Below, piece by piece: positions 1 to 11,924 of a DNA stretch of 64,000 bases; position 1 is the stretch's first letter, and each line of letters starts with the position of its first letter. The position numbers and the translations under genes are program-made. The DNA lies in NCBI RefSeq assembly GCF_004010195.1, contig NC_057719.1, positions 88,486,333 to 88,550,332 of the forward strand, in the 5' to 3' direction. The notes beneath the pieces are model-generated. The model searched no databases, was not told the DNA's origin, and was given only the letters and a program-made list of their open reading frames with translations. Origin of the DNA: Chiloscyllium plagiosum. Taxonomy: Eukaryota.

Positions 1-680
1 GAGGGTCAGTACTGAGGGAGTGCTGCACTGTCGGAGGGTCAGTACTGAGGGAGTGACACACTGTCAGAGGGTCAGTACTGAGGGAGTGCTGCACTGTCGG
101 AGGGTCAGTACTGAGGGAGTGACACACTGTCAGAGGGTCAGTACTGAGGGAGTGCTGCACTGTCGGAGGGTCAGTACTGAGGGAGTGACACACTGTCAGA
201 GGGTCAGTACTGAGGGAGTGCTGCACTGTCGGAGGGTCAGTACTGAGGGAGTGACACACTGTCAGAGGGTCAGTACTGAGGGAGTGCTGCACTGTCGGAG
301 GGTCAGTACTGAGGGAGTGACACACTGTCAGAGGGTCAGTACTGAGGGAGTGCTGCACTGTCGGAGGGTCAGTACTGAGGGAGTGACACACTGTCAGAGG
401 GTCAGTACTGAGGGAGTGACACACTGTCGGAGGGTCAGTACTGAGGGAGTGACACACTGTCAGAGGGTCAGTACTGAGGGAGTGCTGCACTGTCGGAGGG
501 TCAGTATTGAGGGAGTGCTGCACTGTCAGAGTGTCAGAAATGAGGGATTGCTGCACTGTCAGAGTGTCAGTACTGATGGATTGCCGCACTGTCAGAGGGT
601 CAGTACTGAGGGTGTGCTGCACTGTCAGAGTGTCAGAACTGAGGGAGTGCTGCACTGTCAGAGGGTTAGTCCTGAGGAAA
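1..680 (+). repeat. 33-bp minisatellite (gagggtcagtactgagggagtgctgcactgtc[g/a]) with a 66-bp two-variant higher-order unit; runs off the window start
   Basis: Tandem units are directly visible. The tgctgcactgtcg and tgacacactgtca variants alternate over 1-~400 and the array degenerates towards 680. The ORF track shows the matching 11-aa period. Confidence 0.97.
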
Positions 681-1149
681 TGCTGCACCTTTGGTGGTAT
701 CTTGTTTCCAATTAAACACTGAACCATCTGCCCATCTTGATAGACATGAAATTTCCCTGCAGCTATCATCACTACATGATGAAATGTTTATGTTCCTGGA
801 CTATTAACCCAGAGGCTTAGCTAAAGGTGCAACGACTTGAGTTCAAAATTCCCAACAGGAGCTGAGCAACTTAATTTCTGTTAATGCAATAAATCTAGAA
901 GAAAACTCTGCAGCCATGATGGACACTACTGAGTCGATCTAGTGTCCTATCCCAGTCTGGCAGGGATGTGGCATTGAATCTACAACAATGTGGCTGTCTC
1001 CTGCTGTGAGTTCAATAACCACCTCCTCCCATCATGGTAACAACTATACCTGATATCAGATCCAGCTGTGAACTGGATCTGCATACACAACCCTGTCAAT
1101 GTTGCAGACTCCCCTTTGCTAACATTTGAGGACTTGTGCCAAAATTGGG

Positions 1150-1612
1150 ACAGCAAGCCCACAGATTCAATGAATACTACTTGGCATAATCACTGAATCA
1201 TTGACACTCGCTTGAATCATAGTTCACAATGTCCCAAACTCCTCCATTGTCATTCACGTGTTTGACAGACAGGAGCAGCAGAGTGCACTCTTTGCAAGAT
1301 ACACTGCAGAAATTCACCAAAGATCCTTAGACAGCACCTTTCAAACCCACATCCATCTAGGAGAACAAGGGCAGCAAATACATGGGAATACCAGCCCCTG
1401 CAAGTTCCCCTTCGAGCCAATGAATACCCTGAAATGTATCAACATTCCTTCACTGTTGCTAGGTTAAAACCCTGGCATTTCTGCCCAAGGGTATTGTGGG
1501 TCTGCAGCAGTTCAAGAAGGCAGTTCACCATCACCTTCTCAAGGGCAACTAGGAATGACAATAAATGCTGGCACAGCCAGTGACACCCATGTTCCCCTGA
1601 ATAAATGAAACA
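1150..1612 (+). mobile_element. Decayed LINE 3' end (CR1/L2 group) ending ...caccttctcaagggcaactagg...aataaatgctggc...
   Basis: The same tail recurs at ~6605-6730 (-), ~31630-31710 (+), ~32660-32780 (-) and at the 3' end of the SINE at 29505-29800. Confidence 0.6.
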
Positions 1613-2214
1613 AAGCCCCTGCTCACAGATAGCTCAGACCCAGCAAACAGCCAGAAAGAAGTTCACATTATTGGCTGTAAGCTCCATGAAATCTCATGGC
1701 ATCAGGGCAAACATGGGCAAAGAAACCGCCTGCTGCTTACCATCAGTTACGTGAAACTTGGAAGAAGTGGTATCTGCGGCAAGGACACAGAATGCACTCT
1801 GACTGTCTCCAAGAAGGGTTCAACAGCACTGAGTCAGCTGATCAGATCTGCCAGTTTTAATCTCCTAAGAAACTACTTCACCCACTAACCTAATCAACAT
1901 GTTACAATGATCACAGCATTGTCTTTGTGGCAATGAATACATATGAAATACATATTTATGAAATACATAAAATATTGTTCAGCACCTCTGTCACTTCCTC
2001 ATTTCTCATGAAAAGTTTTCCTGTCTTTGTTTCTAAGGAATCAATATTCTCTTTAGCTCCTCCCCTCCTTCATATACACATTTGTAAGTGTTCTTACAAT
2101 CTATTTTCACAACCTAGCTAGTATACTCTTGTATTCCCACTTCTAAACTTTTTGGTGATCTTTTGCTAACTTCTAAAACTTGCCCAATCTCAGACTTACT
2201 ACAATTCTTTGCAA

Positions 2215-3535
2215 CATAGAGCTGTACAGCACGGAAACAGATCGAATCGTCCGACTTGTGGATTCCGACCAGATATTCTACATTAACCTTTTCCCATTTG
2301 CCAGCATTTGGCTCATATCTCTCTATACCTTAAATAAAAGCTAAAATAACTGTGGGTGCTGTAAATCAGAAGCCAAAACAGAGGTTGTTGGAAAAGCTCA
2401 ACAAGTCTGGCAGATTCTGTGGACAGAAATCCAAGTTAACGTTTTGGGTCTGGTGACCCTTCCTCAGAACTGGACCTGAAATGTTAACTCTGACTTTTCT
2501 CCACAGATGCTGCCAGAACTGTTGAACTTTTCCAACAACTTCTGTTTTTGTCATTCTAAACTCCTCCTATTCAGAAAGCCATCCAGATGCCTTTTAAAAG
2601 CTGTAATTGTACCAGCCTCCACTACTTCCTCTGGCAGCTCATTCCATACACGCACCGCCCCCTGTGTTAAAAAGCTGCCCTTGAGTCCCTTTTATATCTT
2701 TCTCTATGCCCTCTAGTTTTGGACTCTCCCATCCTGGGGAAAAGACATTGGTTATTCACCCTATCCGTGCCCCTCATGATTTTATAAACCTCTATAAGGT
2801 CATCCCTCAGCCTCCAACACTTCGGGGAAAATAGCCCCAGCCTATTCAGCCTCTCCCTATAGCTCAAACCCACCAACCCTGGCAACATCCATGTAAATCT
2901 TTTCTGAACCCTTTCAAGTTTCATAACATCCTTCCTATATCAGGGAGACCTGAATTGCATGCAGTATTCCAAAAGTGGTCAAACCAATGTCCTGTATGAC
3001 CTCCCAACTTCTACATTCAATGCACTGACCAGTTAAGGCAAGCATATCAAATGCCTTCTTTACTATCCTGTCTGCTTGGGACTCCACTTTCAAGGAGCTA
3101 TTAACCTGCACTTCAAGATCTCTTTGTTCAGCAACACTCACTAGGACCTTACCATTAAGTGTATAAGTCCCGCCCTGATTTGTCTTTCCAAAATGCTGCA
3201 CCTCGCATTTATCTAAATTAAACCCCACTTGCCCAATGGTTCTTCTGATCAAGATCCCATCGTAATCTGAGGTTATCTTCTTCGCTGTCCACTACACCTC
3301 CAATTTTGGTGTCAGCTGCAAACTTCCTAACCATATCTCCTATGTTTATGTCTAAATCATTTATATAAATGACAAAAAGCAGTGGACCCAGCACTGATCT
3401 TTGTGACACAGCGCTGGTCATAGGCCTCCAGTCTGAAAAGCAACCCTCCACCACCACATACTGTCTTCTGCCTTTCAGCCAGTTCAGTATCCAAATGGCT
3501 AGCTCTCTGTGTATTCCATGTATTTTGAACCTCAT
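2215..3535 (-). mobile_element. 5'-truncated CR1 LINE (RT C-terminus plus 3' UTR), interrupted by a fold-back element at 2332-2551
   Basis: Frameshifted RT pieces ([54 protein letters not shown]) and a CR1-type ctatg tail at ~2215. Confidence 0.9.
2332..2551. mobile_element. Short fold-back PLE-derived element, arm family B
   Basis: Inverted arms aaaacagaggttgttggaaaagctcaac / gttgaacttttccaacaacttctgtttt. The minus strand at 2434-2472 reads CTGAGGA-A-GGGTC-ACCA-GACCC-aAAA-CGTT. The arms match the PLE 3' end at 36898-37030. Confidence 0.8.
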
Positions 3536-4959
3536 TATTTAATTTAATATTCTTAACTTTCTGAACAAGCCACAGGCAGAGCTCTCTTGCCCAGTTTTGT
3601 GTTTCACTGGAAATTATGTCTTATAAACAATTTGTTTTATTTCTAAAATGTTATTCTTCATTTAGTTTTGACCATAACTTTTAGTTCATTTACCCTATCA
3701 ACCTTAACCAGTTCCCTTTCCATAGCTATACTTTTTGTTTGCTTAAGATTCTTGTTTGTGATTGGAACATTTGTACCATGATCAGTATTTCCCAATGGAT
3801 CTTTTGCTAAGAGATTACTAGCTAACTCTGCCTCATTACACCGCATCCATTTTCACGAATGTCCTTGTGTTATCTTTTATTATCAGGGCTTCACCTCCTC
3901 TTTTTCCATTCTATTCACCTTTGTGTTCCTGGAATATTTATTTCGTGACCTTTGTCACCTTGTAACCATGTCTCTGCAAGTGATTAGTTCTAAAACATTT
4001 GTTTCATTTGTGCCATTAGTTCACCTTTCTTATTGCAAATTCTCCATGCACTCAGACAAAGATACTTCGGACTTGTCTCACAGTGAAGATCATGTCCACT
4101 GTGTTTCTTGATGGATAGAATTGCTTGCGGTTCAAGGAGGAGCTTTTCAGGTTCTGGAGTCAATGATTGAAGTAAATTATTATCATGAGCTTTCCTGTGG
4201 TGAACAGCAAGGATACCCTCTGTAGTGACCACATCTGGTCAAGTCTCCATTCTTGAAGATGGCCACCAATACAGCATGTTAGCTATTCCCTGGTATGCTC
4301 TCCTTCTTCCTGTTGAGAGAGAGAGATGGGGTCATGCATATGAGCCAAGAGAGCTTCTCTGCCAGGGATGGGCAATTAAATGGTGGCAAAATCAGCTCAA
4401 CACCCAGTTTCAATGAATTATTATTTCCAAAAAGAAAACAAGTGTAGCTAGTTAACTTTTGGGAAGGAATCCTTTGCCAGTTTGATCCCAGATAGGGCAG
4501 CGCTCCCACACAAACATGGCTGATTGCTCACTGACATGCTCAAATATTCCATACATGAGCTCTGCAGCTGCTCAAAAGGTGGGGCCCAGTAGAAGGTTGT
4601 TGAGCCAAGCATGACGTTCACATCTGAGAGAACAATTCTCTTTTCATCTCACACAATCTGTTGAAACCGAGCTCAAGAACACATGTCATTAATAAAAGGC
4701 AGGAATTGGGTTTGACTCCAACACCCATGATCGTCACATAACCTACTCTTACATCCAAATCGACACTGAGAAACATCATAACTTACTGTTTATGTTCAGA
4801 TCTTAGAATTTTCCCATGCAGGATGAGAAAAGGTTTTGACAACAGATGTTTCAGAGCAGGATTCCCCAGCGTGTTTACTCCTGACTGAGGGCCATCTAGA
4901 GTCTAGGTAGCAAAGTGCATATCACCCACCAACCCCTGAGGCAACTTGGCCAAAGTATT

Positions 4960-5047
4960 GGAGTCAAGAATGTAGTGCTGGAAAGGCACAGCAAGTCAGG
5001 CTGCATCCAAGGAGCAGGAAAATTGACATTTCGCGCAAAAACCCTTG
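4960..5047 (-). mobile_element. Half (single-arm) fold-back element, arm family A
   Basis: gtgctggaaaggcacagcaagtcaggctgcatccaaggagcagg...ccctt matches the left arm of 22093-22349. Confidence 0.7.
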
Positions 5048-5130
5048 GACGGCAGGTCTGGGCTTGTGGGATCTCAACTCCGGCCTGTTTCACAACAGGC
5101 TGTCTCCTTGCCCATAATGGAGGATGGCAC

Positions 5131-5469
5131 GGGCGGCATGGTGGCTCAGTGATTAGCACTGCTTCCTCATAGCGCCAGGGACCCGGGTTCGATTCCAGCC
5201 TCGGGCGACTGTCTGTGTGGAGTTTGCACATTTTCCCCGTGTCTGCATGGGTTTCCTCTGGGTGCTCTCGTTTCCTTCCACAATCCAAAGATGCACAGGT
5301 CAGGTGAATTGGCCATGCTAAATTGCTGATCGTGTTCAGGGATGTATTAGTAATGTGTAAATATAGATTAATAGGGTAGGGGAATGGGTTTGGATGGGAT
5401 ACTCTTTGGAGGGTTGGTGTGGACTTGTTGGGCTGAAGGGCCTGTTTCCACACTGTAGGGATTCTATGA
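5131..5469 (+). mobile_element. HE1-like tRNA-derived V-SINE, full length
   Basis: A box tggctcagtgatt, B box ggttcgattcc, V-domain gtgtggagtttgcaca...gggtttcctc, and CR1-type tail gggcctgtttccacactgtagggattctatg. Confidence 0.9.
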
Positions 5470-5474
5470 GGAAG

Positions 5475-5710
5475 GGCAACAGCCAATTTGTACACAGCAA
5501 GAACCCACAAACACCCATGTAAGCAACTGGATAAATCTATCATAGAGTCATAGAGAACTCGCTTACTCTCCTCTGAATACTGCCATGGGATCCTTTACAT
5601 ACCCCCAAAAAGGTTGAGAGGCCTTCAGCTGAGAGACAACACCTTCAACAGTGTGGCTTACCCTCAGCATTGTACTGGGAGTCTGCAGCTCAATCCTCTG
5701 GAGTGTGGCA
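5475..5710 (-). mobile_element. Deu-domain SINE relic (SacSINE1/AmnSINE1-like)
   Basis: cagccaatttgtacacagcaagaacccacaaac and tgccatgggatcctttac resemble the Deu core as I recall it. It matches the copy at 11060-11230 in the opposite orientation. Confidence 0.55.
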
Positions 5711-5924
5711 TGGGCTGAAAGAAGCACGGTGTCACAGTTGACAAGATGAGAAAGCAGTGGTGCAGAGGGGAGTGGGCGAAGGAGGGAAAGGGGTGTTTGA
5801 GCGGAGACATGAATCCTACAGCAGCTCATTGTGCATCACTCGACCAGACTAAGGATGTGTCTGCTCACTTCCACTTGTCACTCTATGATCAAAGCTGCTT
5901 TACATTTCAGTAAAAAGGATCTCT

Positions 5925-6172
5925 CATATAGTGGCTCAGTGGTTTCCGGCGTGGGTTTCCTCTGGGTGCTCTGGTTTCCTCCCACACTCCAAAGATCTGC
6001 AGATTAGATGGATTGGCAATGCTAAACTGCCCGGTAGTTTCCAGGGATATGCAGGCTGGGTGGATTAGTTATGGAAAATGCAGGGGTAGGGGGCGTGGGT
6101 CAGGGTGCACACCCAAATGCTCTTTGGGTGTGGACTCAATAGCTTGCTTCCATACTGTAAGGATTCTATGAT
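5925..6172 (+). mobile_element. Internally deleted, decayed HE1-like SINE
   Basis: V-domain gcgtgggtttcctctgggtgctctggtttcctcccac and tail ccatactgtaaggattctatg. Confidence 0.8.
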
Positions 6173-6604
6173 AATACTACTCATCAGCTTTAGAATAACC
6201 CTAACCCCTGAACACACTAATCTCTGACGTTGGCCCTAGAATTTATCTCCATAAGATGTGCTGACTGATTCCTTTACAAAAAAAAACAGCTTGTGCTGGG
6301 AAACGATTGCAAGGAGTTGCCATTTCTGATGTGAAGCAGCAATTTGGCAAGAGTTAGCAGACCATAAGTATTCACACTATATTCATAGAGAGAGCCTGGG
6401 AGCATCCATAAAGCTCTCATTGTAGGCTGAGTCACAGCATCCAAGGAAGGAGGTATAGTTCACGCTGTTAGTGAGATGATTAGGATTGAATTTCTACGCC
6501 AGGAGCTCATTTTCCACAGTTTCTCAGGACTGGGTTGAAATCCATGAGATTGCAGAATATAGGTGAGGTATTCCTACAGGTGCTGCCCAATATCTTCACT
6601 ATGT

Positions 6605-7250
6605 TTTATTCATAATGCCCTTGTGGGATGTTGGCAGTCGTTGGCTGGCCCAGCATTTATTGCCCATTCCTAGTTGCCCTTGAGAAGGTGATGGTGAGCT
6701 GCCTTCTTGAGCCGTCGTAGTCTGTAGGCTGTGGGCTGACCCACAATGTCCTTAGGGAGGCAATTCCAGGATTTTGACCCAGCGACAGAAAGGAACAGTG
6801 ATATATTTCCAAGTCAGGATGGTGAGTGGCTAGGAGGGGAACATGGTGTCCCCATGCATTGTCTTTCTAGTGGAAGTAGTCATGAGTTTGAAAGGTGCTG
6901 TCTAAGGATCTTCGGTGAATTTTTGCAGTATATCTTGTAGATGCTGTTGCTGAGTATCAGTGTGAGTGGGAGTGGATTGTTTTGGATGTGATACTAAGCA
7001 AGTGGACTGCTTTGTCCTGGATGGTGCCAAGTTTCTTGAATGTTGTTGGAGCTTCACCCATTCAAGTAATTTCTGAGTGTTCCGTAACACTCCTGACTTG
7101 GGCCTTGTCAACGATGGGGAGTCAGGAGGTGAGTTGCCTATCACAGTATTCCTAGCCTCTGACCTGTTGTTGTAGCCACTGCATTTATGTGGTGAGTCCA
7201 GTGAGTTTCTGGTCAACAGTAACCTCCCCAGGATGTTGATAGTGGGGGAC
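6605..7250 (-). mobile_element. Decayed LINE 3' fragment, same family as 1150-1612
   Basis: Reverse-complement tail ccagcatttattgcccattcctagttgcccttgagaaggtg, plus RT C-terminal remnants. Confidence 0.65.
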
Positions 7251-7879
7251 TGTGTTGGCCACTTCTGATACCAGATGTGGCCAATGGGAAATCCAGATTT
7301 GCCTGATTAAGAAGGAAACACTAACAGGGGGCTTCATGGTTGGGACTTGCCAATTTTTGGATGAAGTCTGAAATCCATGATTTATCTTGTCTAGAAAACC
7401 CAACAGATCCAATGTGAACCAGGCAGCTGATGGGCTGTGGGGGCAGAACCCTGGAGGGAAATTGAGTAATAAACACGGTAATATTTAGTCAAGAACAATC
7501 TTCTCATACCAGGCCTCCACTTTAAATTAAAACAGACCTGTGTCTCAATTGCCAGTTTGAGTGGATTCTCTTTCAGAGCAGGTGGGAGAGTGTGAGCAAG
7601 GGTAACTAGGTTCCTAGTCCGTTCAGTCTTGGGTCTGGCACAGATTGATGTGCCACACATCAACACTCCCATTGCCTCCCACTCCATATTGACAGCAGCC
7701 CCTCACTGGTCTCCCACTCAGAAAAGGCCAACTCGTCCTGTTTTTGAACTAATTGCAACCCACGTAGGATGGGGTCCTTAAGTGAACATTAATTGACCCA
7801 TTAAAGGCTTTAATTCCTGAGGAAGCAGGATGGGAGGAGGGTCATCTCCTGGCCAACACATCTGATCATCTGCCTTTAG

Positions 7880-8310
7880 GAACAGAGAAACAAGGAAAAT
7901 AGGAGCTGGCCATTCAGACCCTTGGAGCCTGCTCCACCATTCAATATGATCGTGGCTAATCATCCAACTCTGTCTGTTGTTCCTGGTTTCTTCCCATACC
8001 CTTTGATCCCTTTAGCCCTAAGAACTAGATCTGACTACTTGTTGAAAACATGCAATGTTTGGCCTGAACTGTGGCAGGAGATTTCCACAAGCTCACCTCT
8101 CTACGGGTGAAGGTATTTCTCCCCATTTCAATTCTAAATGGCCGACCTTGAATCCTTAGATTATGACTCCCTGGTTCTGGACTCCGCGGACATCAGGAAA
8201 ATCCTTCCTGTATTTACCCTGACTAGTCCTGTTAGAATTTTATAGGTTTTTATGAGACCCTCCTGTCTACTCCTTCAAATGAATATAGTGCTAACCAATC
8301 CAATCTCTTC
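7880..8310 (-). mobile_element. CR1 3' end
   Basis: ggccattcagacccttggagcctgctccaccattcaat tail and aattttataggtt (YKI motif on the minus strand). Confidence 0.75.
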
Positions 8311-8364
8311 CCTCTCCATATGTCAGGAGAGGAAATTTCCAGTGTGTGATTGGGAGGGCAAAGT

Positions 8365-9160
8365 TATAGAGGCATACAGCATGAAAACAGACCCTTCGGA
8401 GTCCATGCCAACTATAATCCCAAATTAAACTAGTCTCATCTGCCTATGCCTGGCCCATATCCCTCCAAATATTTCTTATTCATACACTTATATAACTATC
8501 TTTTAAAAGTTACCTGCATTCACCACTTCCTTTGGAAGTTCATTCCACACATGAACCACACTTTGTGTAAAAAGGTTGTCCCTCGTGTCTTTTTAAAACT
8601 TTCTCCTCTCACCTTAAAAACATGCCTCCGAGTCTTGAAATTCCCCATCCGAGGGAAAAACATCAGCTCGTCACCTTATTTATATCCCTCATGATTTTAT
8701 AAACCTTGATAACGTTACCTCTCAATCTCCTACGCCCCAGTGAAAAGGCCAACTCGTCCTGTTATTGAATTAATCACAACCCATGTAGGATGGGGTCCTT
8801 AAGTGATCGTTAATTGACCCCTTAAGGGGTCTTGAGTAGGCAGGATGGGAGGAGGGTCATCTCCTGGCCAACACGTCTGATCATCTGCCTTTAGGAACAG
8901 AGAAACAAGGAAAATAGGAGCTGGCCATTCAGAACCTTGGAGCCTGCTCCACCATTCAGCCTTTCTTTATAATCAAACCCTCCATTCCTGGCAACATCCT
9001 GGTAAATCTCTTCTGAACTTTCTCCAGTTTAATAATATCCTTCCTATATCAGGACAACCAGAACAGAACACAATACTCCAGAAGAGGCCTCACCAACATT
9101 CTGTACAACCTCAATATAACATCCTAAATCCTGCACTCAAAAGTCTGAGTAATGAAAGCA
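8365..9160 (-). mobile_element. CR1 3' fragment carrying an inserted ~217-bp copy of 7721-7943
   Basis: CR1 3' UTR and RT C-terminus, broken at 8742-8958. Confidence 0.8.
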
Positions 9161-9227
9161 AACAAATATATATGTCAATGATCACTCACCTTTTTTATGT
9201 ATTCTTTGCTGTGTTTATCCCTGAGTA

Positions 9228-10313
9228 AGGTTAAAAATCACATAACAACAGGTTCCAGTCCAACAGGTTTATTTGGAAGCACTAGCTTTCAGAAAGCTGC
9301 TCCTTCATCGGGTAAACTCATGGGGCAGGATCATAAGACACAGAATTTATAGCAAAAGATCACAGTGACATGCAATTAAAATGATATATTGAACAAACCT
9401 AGATTGCTGTTTAGTCTTTCATTTTTTTAGAATGGGTTGCAGGTTTCAGTTCATTAATATGTAAATCCCAGAACTTCTTTTTGAGTCACATTCTGGAGAT
9501 AACTTAAGGTTTTATATAAAAAAAGAGACATCTCAGCTCAGACAATGCATTAAAGGTGTGAGGTTAGAGTCTGTCTATATCCCAATCTTGATTAGATCAG
9601 TTCTATTTCCAAAGTAGGAATTTATAAAATGTTATATGGACTGACTGCCTGCATTGACTGCCTGCAGGTTGTGTGCTTTTTGAGCAAAAATAGAATATAT
9701 CTGCAAATACAATTCTACAAATGCAAATTCAACCCATAAACTTATATGTGTGTGTCTGAGTAGACAAATACAAGTCTATGGGGTGAATTTGCATTTATAG
9801 AATTGCATTTGCAGATACATTCTATTTTTGTGCAAAACGCACACAACCTGCAGGCAGTCAGTCCATATAACATTTTATAAATTCCTACTTTGGAAATAGA
9901 ACCAATCTGACTCAAGATTGGGATATAGACAGACTCTAACCTCACACCTTTAATGCATTGTCTGAGCTGAGATGTCTCCTTTTTTTTATATAAAACCTTA
10001 AGTTATCTCCAGAATGTGACTCAAAAAGAAGTTCTGGGATTTACATATTAATGAACTGAAACCTGCAACCCATTCTAAAAAAATGAAAGACTAAACAGCA
10101 ATCTAGGTTTGTTCAATAAATCATTTCAGTTGCATGACACTGTGGTCCATTGCTATAAATTCTGTGTCTTATGATCCTGCCCCATGAGTTTACCTGATGA
10201 GGGAGCAGTGCTCTGAAAGCTAGTGCTTCCAAATAAACCTGTTGGACTGGAACCTGTTGTTGTGTGATTTTTAACTTTGTCCACCCCAGTCCAAGATTGG
10301 CACCTCCACATTA
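9228..10313. mobile_element. 1.09-kb fold-back Penelope-like insertion (two inverted 3' ends, arm family C) with a 12-bp TSD
   Basis: Arms 9230-9757 and 9762-10275 are reverse complements around a 4-nt loop (gagt). A 38-nt unpaired tail follows at 10276-10313. TSD tatccctgagta lies at 9216-9227 and 10314-10325. Confidence 0.88.
10191..10225 (+). ncRNA. Putative minimal type-I hammerhead ribozyme (PLE-type, would need to dimerise)
   Basis: tac-CTGATGA-g-GGAGC-agt-GCTCT-GAAA-GC-TA-gtg: intact CUGANGA and GAAA cores, helix II, palindromic AGCU in place of helix III, CUA triplet (predicted cut after 10222) and a short helix I. Activity is untested. Confidence 0.6.
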
Positions 10314-10839
10314 TATCCCTGAGTAGTGATCAAACAGAGCATCTAAGTATCTTTCTCTTGTTGTCCTTTGCACTCTTGGCCTTGCTAGTGTCACTGCTGA
10401 ACTGGGTATACTCTGGTTGAGAGGGCCAATAATGTACAGCTTTACTTGTGTTCAGTCTGACCACTCCAAGACAGTAGAGGAAGATCCAAAAGCAAAGCAA
10501 CACTCAAAATTCATGTTGGGACAAAGGGTAAAGTATCTCCTTGGAATCAGCTAAAGGTTTTCCTATATTAAATAACTGTGCAAATTGTGTTACCTGCTGC
10601 GTGTAATAATGCCATTGCAATGCTTGTGACTAAACAGTATTTTTATCAGATGATATTATCTTAACCTATTCTTGTTGTATTGGACCAGGACACCCTGCCC
10701 TGAAGTGCAGAATGCAACTATATACATTATTAAATCATTCTGTTGTACTTATTTCAAGGACAGTACACCATGAGCCTGGGTGAGGGATGGGGGCGGGGTG
10801 TGGTTCATTGATTCAAAATGTTGTCAGTTCAGTGATCTG

Positions 10840-11025
10840 CAGGTTAGTTCATTAACCATGGTAAATTGCTCATTGTGTCCAGGAATGTGCAGGTTAAGTG
10901 GATTTGCTATGGGAAATGCAGGGAGAGGGTGGGCGTCGGGGCTCAGGGTGGAATGCTGTTTGGTGGGTTGATGTGCACTTGATGGGCTGAATGGCCTGCT
11001 TCCATACTGTCAAGATTCTATGATT
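10840..11025 (+). mobile_element. 3' half of an HE1-like SINE
   Basis: tgcaggttag...gggctgaatggcctgcttccatactgtcaagattctatg. Confidence 0.7.
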
Positions 11026-11059
11026 ATGCGAAACAAAAACCTTTTTAAATGAAATCAAT

Positions 11060-11290
11060 ATCCAAAGAAGGGATCCCTCTCTCCCCGGTGTTCTGACTGA
11101 TATTTATCTCTTAATCACTATCGCCAATGAAACAGATGATCTGGCCATTACTGCATTGCTGTTTGTGGGATCTTGCTGTGCAAAAACAGGGCTGCCACGT
11201 TTCTGGCATTGTAATTGCAACTCCCACTTCAGAGAGTTTCCTCATTCCGGGTGAGGAGTCTCCCTGGGTCAGAAAAGGCATCATTTAAAC
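11060..11290 (+). mobile_element. Deu-domain SINE relic
   Basis: aacagatgatctggccatt...gctgtttgtgggatcttgctgtgcaaa...gctgcc. Confidence 0.6.
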
Positions 11291-11924
11291 ACAAGGTGCC
11301 CCTCTCATGTTCTATATTTCTCTCAGGCAATATTAACTTATTGTGGCTCCCAAGGGCACTCATCTTGTGAGACCACCGGCTGAATCCCTGCCGCTAATCA
11401 CATTGCAGGCCCGAGTTTGACACGCCAGCTCTTTATCTCGGTGGCTGTCACATGCTTGCTGTCCCAATTGGGTCTCCGAGGCTGATCACTAGGTCTGCTG
11501 TGTGCTAACAATTCGAACTGAAAGCTTTAATTGTGAGACAATGTTTATATTAATCAGCAGCTGTGAGCTGAGGACTGTCAGCCAAACGCTCACACTGTGC
11601 TGAAAGTTGGCCTTGTCATCACTTAAATAAAGCACATTGTGAAGGGAGGCACAATACCCCCTTTTCTCCTTGCTCAGAGAAAAGGGGAACTACGGGACGG
11701 ACAACGTCAATCCAGTGCTGCAATGGCCACCCAGTTCCTTGAACCTCAGTATGATAAGCTGATGACTTCATTACACAAACAGTAGCCAAGAGCTCACATC
11801 ATTGGTCAGTGCAATGTCTTGCAATCCAAAACCTTAACAAACATGAGCACCTCATTGACGGGTTTTCTCCAACGGCATCACTCTGTAATATTGGACGTCG
11901 AGGCGAGCGGGCGCAATTGCGCAT

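Noticed and set aside
1..680. CRISPR-like array
   Set aside because: The units are contiguous with no unique spacers, there are no cas genes, and the context is vertebrate.
20..715. 231-aa His/Cys-rich repeat ORF, and similar ORFs at 47161-48748
   Set aside because: These are read-throughs of a 33-bp (in-frame) satellite that is open in several frames on both strands. There is no gene structure.
5131..5205. tRNA genes at SINE heads
   Set aside because: The A and B boxes continue into V-domain and LINE-type tails. These are SINEs, not tRNA genes.
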